Shown: in pieces, positions 17,566 to 29,100 of the stretch
Position numbering within the stretch: position 1 is the stretch's first letter
Layout: every line of letters begins with the position of its first letter
Assembly: GCF_009914755.1 (NCBI RefSeq)
Contig: NC_060929.1
Origin: the human T2T-CHM13v2.0 reference genome, Homo sapiens
Reading direction: 5' to 3' (one strand)
Length of the DNA: 64,000 nucleotides
The notes under the pieces: model-generated
Told to the model about the DNA's origin: nothing
The model's database searches: none
Seen by the model: the letters and a program-made list of their open reading frames with translations, nothing else
Made by a program: the position numbers and the translations under genes

Positions 17566-17655
17566 ACTGGCTCTCGGTGACGGGCACAGTGCGGAGCCCC
17601 ACAGGGAGTGTGTAGAAGTCAAAGGCCCCAGTGACTTCTGTGCAGTCAGCCGCAC
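17566..17655 (-). pseudogene. GUSBP: GUSB pseudogene exon 6 homolog, 3'-truncated and frameshifted (copy 1)
   Basis: tag|GTGCGGCTGACTGCACAGAAGTCACTGGGGCC-TTTGACTTCTACACACTCCCTGTGGGG... (VRLTAQKSLGP / DFYTLPVGLRTVPVTESQ). About 4 nt shorter than GUSB near GP-VS-DF. Homology stops after ESQ. Confidence 0.88.
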
Positions 17656-18424
17656 CTATGACAGCCAAAGCGCCAGGTGTGAGCGCCCCGACAGCCTGAG
17701 CCCCATCTGGCCTGCCCTACAGCAGGAAGACCCCTCGTGCATGCACCCCAGAAGTCGCCTCTGGGCCTGCAGAGAAGCAGCAATCAGAGGCTCTGCCCTT
17801 CACTGGCTGACCCTGGGACCTGCCCTTCAAAATCAGGCCTTCTCCTTGACCAGACGAGGTGGCTCATGCCTGGAATCCCTACACTTTGGGAGGCTAAGGC
17901 AGGAGGATCACCGGAGTCCAGGAGTTCAAGACCAGCCTGGGCAACCTAGTAAGACCCCCAACTCTATAAAAAGGATTTTTTTTTTTGAGACAGTCTCACT
18001 CTGTCACCCAGGATAGAGTGCAGTGGCATGATCTCAATTCACCGCAGCCCCTGCCTCCTGGGTTCAAGCAATTCCCCTGCCTCAGCCTCCCGAGTAGCTG
18101 GGATTACAGACGTGCATCATCATGCCCTGCAAATTTTCATATTTCAGTAGAGACGGGGTTTCACCATGTTGGCCAGGCTGGTCTCCAACTCCTGGCCTAA
18201 AGTGATCCGCCCGCGTCAGCCTCCCGAAGTGCTGGGATTACAGGCGTGAGCCACCATGCCCGGCCTACAAAAAAAATTTTTTTAATTAGCCAGGCATGGT
18301 GGCATGTGCCTGTAGTCCCAGCTACTCAGGAGGCCAAGGGAGGAGGATTGCAGCTCAAAGCTGCAGTGAGCTGTGATCAGGCCATTGCGTTCCAGCCTGG
18401 GTGACAGAGTGAGACCATCACAAA

Positions 18425-18467
<43 letters not shown>

Positions 18468-18626
18468 AAAATCTGGGCCTCCCGCCAAGGGTGGGAAACA
18501 TCAGAAAGCTCAGAAAAGCTCAGAGGACCACACCTGCCCGTTCACCTGTCCTGGGCTCCTGCTGAAGCCAGGGCTACCAGATGGGAGCTAAAGACCTCCC
18601 TTAAGCAAGTCCCAAACCACCATTAC

Positions 18627-18814
18627 CTCCCACGAGTACAGGTAGGCGGGGTGTTCGTGCATCAGGTACGGCCACCAGAGGTTGGCACCCAGCACCTTCA
18701 GCTGGCCCTGGGTCCCAGCCTGGTTGTCCACGACTTTGTTTTCTGATTTCAAAAGACACACTTCCAACTTGAACTGGTTACTGCACTTGACGGAGATATG
18801 GTAATTCACCAGCC
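18627..18814 (-). pseudogene. GUSBP: GUSB pseudogene exon 5 homolog (copy 1)
   Basis: [63 protein letters not shown]. 188 nt between ctgcag and gtaatg. Confidence 0.95.
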
Positions 18815-19261
18815 CTGCAGGAGGCAAGAGAGACCAGGGCTTAGGGAGGGACATGACCTGGGTCACACGAACAGGAATGCCCCACAATGACCACTCCCAG
18901 GCACTCTCATTTGCTTCTGTTGCTTTTTTTTTTTTTTTTTTTTGAGATAGAATCTCGCTCTGTCACCCAGGCTGGAGTGCAGTGGCATGATCTGGACTCA
19001 CTGAAACCTCTGCCTCCCAGGTTCAAGTGATTCTCCTGCCTCAGCCTCTGGAATAGCTGGGATTACAGGCACCTGCCACCACATCCAGCTAATTTTTGTA
19101 TTGTTAGTAGAGACCGGGTTTCACCACATTAGCCAGGATGGTCTTGATCTCCTGACCTCGTGATCCGCCTGCCTCGGCCTCCCAAAGTGCTGGGATTACA
19201 GGCTTGAGCCACCGTGCCCGGCCCTGAACCAATGCGCCCGGCCCGCTTTTTTTTAATTTAA

Positions 19262-19537
<276 letters not shown>

Positions 19538-20057
19538 TAGATTAGATATATTATTAACGAATTGCTTCCTTTAACACGCTATTCATTGAATTTTCCAGTA
19601 AACCACAATTACTAATTACTCCTGAAATCAGAAAAGAGGTTAAAAAGATTTTATAACAGTATCTTATGAAATCTACTACTTTCAAGTAATAGTAGTTGAA
19701 TTACCAAAACCCGTCACTCAAGCCAATGACTACAATTAAGATATCAGTAATATTTCCTAGATAAATAAAGTCAATTGATTATATTTGCATCTGGGAAATA
19801 GAGAAAGTACATATAAGCCATGATTTTGAAGTCAAAAGAGAGAGAATATTTGGCAAGGAGGGGTGAGTTATAGTATGTAATTATAACATATAGTAGTTTT
19901 TTGTATGCTGGTAACTAATTTTAATTTCCTACATTTTTATGTAGATTTCTGCTATTCTTGTGCTGTTTTCCTAATCACCTTTCTATATGGATGACTACAT
20001 AAGTCTGAGAATACCAAAAGAGACAGACACAGAACCAATCGGATTCCTTTCTTCTTG

Positions 20058-20658
<601 letters not shown>

Positions 20659-20994
20659 TCAAAAAAAAAAAAAAAAAAAAAAATTTGAATTTTGTTTAAA
20701 TCACTAACACATACTGGGCATTTAATAACAAAAAAAAGGACATGAGATTGTGATCCTTAGGAGGGTTTGAGAGGCATTTCACTAGGGTTCAACATAGAGC
20801 AGTCTGAAACATACTGTAATAATTTAATCCAATGGCTCATCTACAGCACCTAAAAAGATTACAGCAGATTCTCATTATTCAGTGTAGTTACGGTCTAGAA
20901 AGTTCCATGAACAAATAAAAAGTTAGGTTTCAGCAAGCTACTGGTCACATTTTTGTAAGCTTACCAACACCTACTTTTGTTGTATGTGTGCTTA

Positions 20995-21298
<304 letters not shown>

Positions 21299-21349
21299 CT
21301 ATCTCAAAAAAAATAATAATAATTAATTAAATGAAGAATAAATAAATAA

Positions 21350-21768
21350 TATACATTGTTCATTCATTAACATTGAACTCACAGCCAATGGCACTACAGC
21401 ACTCACGCCTGAATGGAGTTTATTCAATGCATGTATTTCCTCTGTAAGACACATCACAGACTTCTTGGACTTGTGAATGCTAAGCAGCACTTCAGCACTA
21501 TGCTTGGGGGTTAATTTAAATGGCAAAACAACCAACAAACAATACAAAAACAGGAAAAGCATGGCATTAAATAGACCACAAAAAGGATACCTGACTATTG
21601 TATGAGAGCTGAAAAAGAAGGCAGAATATCATCCTGTTCAAACTCAAATTCTTTTGACACTCTGCACAAACACATGACTATGAAAGGCTGTGAGTACTGA
21701 TTTGGGGGTTACAAAAAATAGTAGGTGAGTTCACAAATACAAAAGCTGAAAACAAGGAGGATAGACTG
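21350..21768. mobile_element. MER6-like (Tigger) DNA transposon fragment, preceded by an Alu at 21011-21330
   Basis: 'cactacagcactcacgcctgaa...cacttcagcactatgcttggggg...gtatgagagctgaaa' recalled as MER6. Confidence 0.65.
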
Positions 21769-22434
21769 TATTTTCGTAGACAATCTAATCTCAGAAGATT
21801 TCAATTCAGACAAAAATCATGAGAATTACTGTATTACAAAAGGGCACTAGATAGGGGAAAAAGAGTAAAAATCACAATTAAAACAAAGGTTCAAAATTCT
21901 GCAGCAACCATATCCAGTTACACTTTAATATGTTTGTGGCAGACTACATTATTGTTCCCAACTCATCACCCCTCCCTATATCTAAAACCTTTCCCCAAGA
22001 CAATGCAGTTCCTCCTGCTAGAGATCAGGTATATTTATCTATACTATCAATGTTAGCCATGGACAAGGTATGTGCTTTGGCTGACTGAATGTTAGTGGAC
22101 ATGATAGAAGCAATGGCTTAAAATGTACTTCCAGAACTGGAGTTTCCTTGTGATTCTATCACTGTGACAAAAACACATTCTCAGGTAGTCCACTGATCCA
22201 AGGGGGAACAAACACACAGAAAACATACCTAGACTCTATCTGCAGCTCGCAGCCTCACCAAGCCAGGAACAGTCAACTCACAGATATGTTAGCAAAAATA
22301 AATGTTTTTCGTACCTTAAGTTTTATATAATTATTGACCTATAGTTAACTGATATACAATATACATTAATCTTAAAATATCATTATCCCATTAAAAATAT
22401 TTACATTAAAAACTGAGACCACTTTCTTTCCTCC

Positions 22435-22467
<33 letters not shown>

Positions 22468-22899
22468 AGACAGGGTGTCTCAATGTTGCCCAAGCTGGAG
22501 TTCAGTGGCTAGTGGCTATTCACAAGAACGATCATCGCACACTACCTCAAACTCCTGGGATCAAGCAATCCTCCTGCCTCAGCTTTCCAAGTCGCTGGGA
22601 CTATAAGTGTGTACCACAGCATGTCAGCTCTCTCTCTCCTTCTTGACCTAAAGCCTAGCATAAAATTAGCTAAGTAGAATGTTTCCAAAGATGCCTGCAT
22701 CAGTATCTCCCATCCCACATAATTTCTGTTTGATTTTGCCATTCACCCATAAAATGGTGGGATCTACCTCCCCTCCTTGCAAATTTGAGCTGGCCCTCTG
22801 ATCCTGTCTAAGATCTGAAGCCAGATATTAAGGTACTTCATTAATTTCCATGTTTGTCCTCTATGCAACCTAGCAATCAAGCCAGAAGTCAAAACATGC

Positions 22900-25011
22900 T
22901 GACATAGTTTGGATGGGTCCCCACCCAAATCTCACCTTGCATTGGAATAATTCCCACGTGTCAAGGGTGGGGCCAGGTGCAGATAACTGAATCATGGGGA
23001 TGGTTCCCCCCATACTGTTCTCGTGGTAGTGACTAAGTCTCATGAGATCTGATGGTTTTATAAATGGGAGCTCCCCTGCACATGCTCTCTCCTGCCTTGC
23101 CACTATGTGAGACATGCTTTTGCACCTCCTTGCCTTCCACCATGATTGTGAGGCCTCCCCAGCCATGCAGAACTGTGAGTCAATTCAACCTCTTTCCTTT
23201 ATAAATTACCCAGTCTCAGGTATGTCTTTATTTGCAGTGTGAGAACAGACTAATACAATAAGTTGATACCAGTAGAGTGGGCTGCTGCTGTAAAGATACC
23301 CGAAAATGTGGAAGCAACTTTGGAAATGGGTAACAGGGAGAGGCTGGAACAGTTTGGAAGGCTCAGAAGAGGATAGGAAAATGTGGGAAAGTTTGGAACT
23401 TCCTAGAGACTTGTTGAATGGCTTTGACCAAAATGTTAATAGTGATATGGACAATAAGGTCCAGGCGGAGGTGGTCTCAGAGGGAGATGAGGAATTTGTT
23501 GGGAAATGGAGTAAAGTCACTCTTACTATGCAAAGACACTGCAGGCACTGTGCACCTGTATTAGAAACGGGCATAAGATAGGCGGGAAAGAGTCAAAATA
23601 AGAATTTTTTTCTAGAGTTCCCTAGAGATCTGTGGAACTTTGAACTTGAGAGAGATGATTTAAGGTATCTGACAGAAGAAATTTCTAAGCAGCAAAGCAT
23701 TCGAGAAGAAGCAGAGCATAAAAGTTCAGAAAATTTGTAGCCTGATGATGCAACAGAAAAGAAAAATCTATTTTCTCAGGAGACTGGGTTGTAGAAATTT
23801 GCATAAGTAATGAGGAGCCAAATGTTAATCACCAAGACAATGGGGCAAATGTCTCCAGGGCATGTTAGAGACCCTCACAGCAGACCCTCCCATCACAGGC
23901 CAGGAGGCTTAGAAGGAAAAATGCTCTTGTGAGTCCAGAACCCCCTGCTGTGTGCAGCCTAGGAACCTGGTGCCCTGCATCCCAGCTGCTCCTGCCACAG
24001 GTAAAAGGGGCCAAGGTACACCTCAGGCCATGGCTTCAGAGGGTGCAAGTTCCAAGCCTTTCAGGTTCTAGGTGGTGTTAAGCCTGCAGATGCACCGAAG
24101 AATTAACGTTCATGAACCTCCGCCTAGATTTCAGAAGATGTATGAAAATGCCTGGAAATCCAGGCAAAAGTTTGCTGTGCACGGGAGCGGGGGGCCCTCA
24201 TGGATAACCTCTGCTAGGGCAGTGTCAAAGGGAAATATGGGGTTGGAGCCCCCACACAGAGTCCCCACTGGGGTACTGCCAAGCAGAGCTGTCACAAAGG
24301 GGCCACCATCCTCCAGACCCCGGAATGGTAGATCCACTGACAGCTTGCACTGTGTGCCTGGAAAAGCTGCAGACACTCAATGCAGCCAGAAGGGGGGGCC
24401 GTACCCTGCAAAGCCACAGGGGCGGGGCTGCCCAAGACCCTGGGAACCCACTTCTTGCATCACCTAGATGTGACACATGGAGTCAAAGGAGGTCATTTTG
24501 GAGCTCTAAGATTTGCCTGCTGGGTTTTGGACTTGCATGGGGCCTGTAGCTCTTTCGCTTTGGCCAATTTCTCCCATTTGAAACGAGTGTATTTACCCAA
24601 TGCCTGTATCCCTGTGTATCTAGAAAATAACTAACTTGCTTTTGGTTTTACAGGCTCACAGGTGGAAGGGACTTGCCTTGTCTCAGATGAGACTTTGGAC
24701 TATGGAATTTTGAGTTAATGCTGAAATAAGAGTTTGGGGGACTTAGGGGAAGGCACGATTGCTTTTGAAATATGAGGACATGAGATTTGGGAGGGGCCGG
24801 GGAAGAATTATATGGTTTGGCTCTGTCCCCACCCAAATCTCATCTTGAATTGTAACAATTCCCATGTGTCAAGGGTGGGGCCAGGTGGAGATAACTGAAT
24901 CATGGAGGCAGTTTCCCCCATGCTGTTCTCATGGTAGTGAATAAGTCTCATGAGGTCTGATGGTTTTATAAATGGATGTTCCCCTGCACATGCTCTCTCC
25001 TGCCCACCATG
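22900..25011 (+). mobile_element. THE1-type MaLR retroelement: 5' LTR 22900-23257, internal region 23258-24807, truncated 3' LTR 24808-25011
   Basis: Two direct LTRs starting 'tga(c/t)atagtttgg..tccccacccaaatctca'. The 5' LTR ends 'ctaataca'. MaLR-int peptide GRGWNSLEGSEEDRKMWESLELPRDLLNG is present. Polypurine tract 'gggaggggccggggaagaa' precedes the 3' LTR. Confidence 0.93.
24892..24972 (+). promoter_or_regulatory. Candidate LTR promoter: DUX4-type motif TAACTGAATCA (24892-24902) and TATAAA (24967-24972)
   Basis: Both motifs are seen directly, with a second DUX4-type motif at 22984-22994 in the 5' LTR. Activity is not shown. Confidence 0.45.
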
Positions 25012-25255
25012 TCTGACTAAATTTTGTATTTTTACTAGAGACGGGGTTTCACTATGTTGGCCAGGCTGGCCTCCAACTCCTGATCTCGTGATCCGTCCAC
25101 CCCGACCTCCCAAAGTGCTAGGATTATAGGCATAAGCCACCACACCCGGCCTCTTTTTTTTCTTTTTCTTTTTTTTATCTGGAGACTGAGTTTTGCACTC
25201 GTTGCCCAGGCTGGAGTGCAATGGTGCGATCTCAGCTCACTGCAGTCTCCACCTC
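25012..25255 (-). mobile_element. Two truncated antisense Alu pieces joining the THE1 LTR to the POM121-like retrocopy
   Basis: Alu left-arm piece 25012-25150, then poly(T) and a partial arm ending abruptly at '...ctccacctc|agcaggagag'. Confidence 0.85.
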
Positions 25256-26103
25256 AGCAGGAGAGCAGGAATCTTCAGTGATCCACGGGCAGATCTGCAG
25301 CCATTGTGGGCACCTGTTCCTCCCGCGACCTTTGTGCCCACGTCTCTCCCTCCAGTACCTATTGCACGACCCCCCACGTCCGCCTCCTGCCATTGCCAGC
25401 AAGTGCCTTGCGCGGGTACCTGGCTGCGCTTATTAATCCATTATGGTCGCTCTGTCACTGGTGCCATTATGTGCTCACGTGCCCACTCCCTCAGGTTTAG
25501 AAGTCGCGTCGCCCGGCAACAGAACAATCTGCTGGCTTAGCCTTTGGCCAAGTTGGCAGCTGGACGAGGACGCTCAGAGCCCAGCTCTCGAGAGTTCAAG
25601 TATCCGACAGTTCCCCACTGCTCCCAGGAGCGGTTACCCGGGCACTCTGTGCCCCTCATTCCTGTTTGGGCCAAGGCCGAGGACCTGCGAGTAGGGCTCA
25701 GTTGCCTGGAGCCCCTTCAGCCCATCGCCCAGTTCACTTTGCTTGTGGGATCTCCCCGTTGCTCCTGCCCCTGGACTGAGTGGCAGGCCATCCTACAAAC
25801 ACCCGGACACTCGACATCAGTGGTGTCAAGACAACTCTAAGAAGGTTTTCCGTGATCCTGCAAGACCTGTGTTCCATCCTGGTGATTCTCTCTTCAATTT
25901 CACTGCACAGGTACCACAGTAAGCCAGTGCTGTGTGCTCCGAATTCCAGGGCATCCCCCAGCTCAGCCACTACACTCAGCACAAGGACTCTGTGGGGCCC
26001 AGGAGCAGGTAGTCACCCCTTTGGGCTCCTCAACACCCGGCTGTCCCCAGACTTGTGTCCAGGGAAGATAGTGTTGAGGGCCCTCAAGGAGAGCAGGGCA
26101 GGG

Positions 26104-29100
26104 ATGCCTGAGCAGGACAAGGACCCCAGAGTCCAAGAAAATCCTGATGATCACAGAACGGTCCCCGAGGTCACCGGGGATGCACGGTCTGCATTTTGGC
26201 CCCTGCGGGACAATGGAGGCCTCTCTCCCTTTGTGCCCAGGCCCGGGCCTCTGCAGACAGACCTCCATGCCCAGAGCTCAGAAATCAGATATAACCAGAC
26301 ATCCCAGACATCCTGGACGAGCTCGAGCACCAAACGAAATGCTATCTCCAGCTCCTACAGCTCCACGGGAGGCTTGCCGGGGCTAAAGCAGAGGAGGGGA
26401 CCAGCCTCATCCCGCTGCCAGCTGACCCTCAGTTACTCAAAGACAGTGAGTGAGGACAGGCCTCAGGCTGTCTCTTCGGGTCACACACGGTGTGAAAAGG
26501 CGGCAGATACAGCACCAGGGCAGACACTCGCCCCAAGGGGTGGCTCCCCCAGATCCCAGGCCTCTAGGCCCCGTAGACGCAAGATTCCCCTGCTGCCAAG
26601 CAGGCGAGGGGAGCCTTTGATGATGCCACCTCCCTTAGAGCTGGGGTACCGGGTCACGGCTGAAGACCTGCACCTGGAAAAACAGGCGGCATTCCAGCGC
26701 ATCAACAGTGCACTGCACGTTGAGGACAAGGCCATCTCGGACTGCAGACCCTCACGGCCTTCCCACACTTTGTCCTCACTTGCAACAGGGGCTTCGGGTG
26801 GGCCTCCCGTTTCTAAAGCACCCACTATGGATGCACAGCAGGACAGACCCAAGTCCCAAGACTGCCTGGGCCTAGTGGCCCCCCTAGCATCTGCTGCAGA
26901 GGTCTCCTCTACAGCTCCCGTGTCTGGGAAGAAGCAGAGACCACCAGGACCCCTGTTCTCCTCCTCAGATCCCCTTCCTGCCACCTCTTCCCACTCCCGG
27001 GACTCAGCCCAGGTCACCTCGATGATTCCTGCCCCCTTCACAGCTGCAAGCAGGGATGCCGGCATGAGAAGAACAAGGTCGGCCCCTGCAGCTGCCGCAG
27101 CAGCCCCTCCCCCCTCCACATTGAACCCCACGTCGGGGTCACTACTCAATGCAGTGGATGGAGGCCCCTCACATTTCTTGGCCTCAGCCACAGCTGCAGC
27201 ACGTGCCCAGAGGTCAGAAGTGAGATACAACCAGAGATCCCAGATCTCCCGGACCAGATCCTGCCTCAAACGAAATGCCAGCTCCAGCTCCCACAGCTCT
27301 ACGGAAGGCCTCCCGGAACTAAAGCGGAGGAGGGGGCCAGCCTCATCCCACTGCCAGCTGGCCCACAGTTCCTCAAAGACAGTGAGTGAGGACGGACCTC
27401 AGGCTGTCTCTTCGGGTCACACCCGCTGTGAAAAGAGGGCAGATACAGCACCAGGGCAGACACTCGCCCCCAGGGGTGGCTCCCCCAGATCCCAGGCCTC
27501 TAGGCCCCACATCAACAGTGCACTGCACGTTGAGGACAAGGCCATCTCGGACTGCCGACCCTCGCGGCCTTCCCACACTTTGTCCTCACTTGCAACAGGG
27601 GCTTCGCGTGGGCCTCCCGTTTCTAAAGCACCCACTATGGATGCACAGCAGGACAGACCCAAGTCCCAAGACTGCCTGGGCCTACTGGCCCCCCTAGCAT
27701 CTGCTGCAGAGCTCCCCTCTACAGCTCCCGTGTCTGGGAAGAAACACAGACCACCAGGACCCCTGTTCTCCTCCTCAGATCCCCTTCCTGCCACCTCTTC
27801 CCACTCCCGGGACTCAGCCCAGGTCACCTCGATGATTCCTGCCCCCTTCACAGCTGCAAGCAGGGATGCCGGCATGAGAAGAACAAGGTCGGCTCCTGCA
27901 GCTGCCGCAGCAGCCCCTCCCCCCTCCACATTGAACCCCACGTCGGGGTCACTACTCAATGCAGTGGATGGAGGCCCCTCACATTTCTTGGCCTCAGCCA
28001 CAGCTGCAGCACGTGCCCGGAGGTCACAAGTGAGATATAACCAGAGATCCCAGACCTCCCGAACCAGATACTGCCTCAAACGAAATGCCAGCTCCAGCTC
28101 CCACAGCTCTACGGAAGGCCTCCAGGAACTAAAGCGGAGGAGGGGGCCAGCCTCATCACACTGCCAGCTGGCCCTCAGTTCCTCAAACACAGTGAGTGAG
28201 GACGGACCTCAGGCTGTCTCTTCGCGTCACACCCGCTGTGAAAAGGCAGATACAGCACCAGGGCAGACACTCGCCCCCAGGGGTGGCTCCCCCAGATCCC
28301 AGGCCTCTAGGCCCCGCATCAACAGTGCACTGCACGTTGAGGACAAGGCCACCTCGGACTGCAGACCCTCACGGCCTTCCCACACTTTGTCCTCACTTGC
28401 AACAGGGGCTTCGGGTGGGCCTCCCGTTTCTAAAGCACCCACTATGGATGCACAGCCGGACAAACTCAAGTCCCAAGACTGCCTGGGCCTAGTGGCCGCC
28501 CTAGCATCTGCTACAGAGGTCTCCTCTACAGCTCCCGTGTCTGGGAAGAAGCACAGACCACCAGGACCCCTGTTCTCCTCCTCAGATCCCCTTCCTGCCA
28601 CCTCTTCCCACTCCCAGGACTCAGCCCAGGTCACCTCGATGATTCCTGCCCCCTTCACAGCTGCAAGCAGGGATGCCAGCATGAGAAGAACAAGGCCTGG
28701 CACCTCGGCTCCTGCAGCTGCCGCAGCAGCCCCTCCCCCCTCCACATTGAACCCCACGTCGGGGTCACTACTCAATGCAGTGGATGAAGGCCCCTCACAT
28801 TTCTTGGCCTCAGCCACAGCTGCAGCACGTGCCCGGAGGTCACAAGTGAGATATAACCAGAGATCCCAGACCTCCCGGACCAGATCCTGCCTCAAACGAA
28901 ATGCCAGCTCCAGCTCCCACAGCTCTACGGAAGGCCTCCAGGAACTAAAGCGGAGGAGGGGGCCAGCCTCATCCCACTGCCAGCTGGCCCTCAGTTCCTC
29001 AAACACAGTGAGTGAGGACGGACCTCAGGCTGTCTCTTCGCGTGACACCCGCTGTGAAAAGGCAGATACAGCACCAGGGCAGACACTCGCCCCCAGGGGT

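Noticed and set aside
23306-24634. ORFs in the THE1 internal region
   Set aside because: Fragmented MaLR internal ORF with stops and frameshifts; non-autonomous.
25780-26103. 1273-aa ORF start given by the ORF track
   Set aside because: It begins at GTG. In a mammalian context the first in-frame ATG is 26104, and nothing supports non-AUG initiation.
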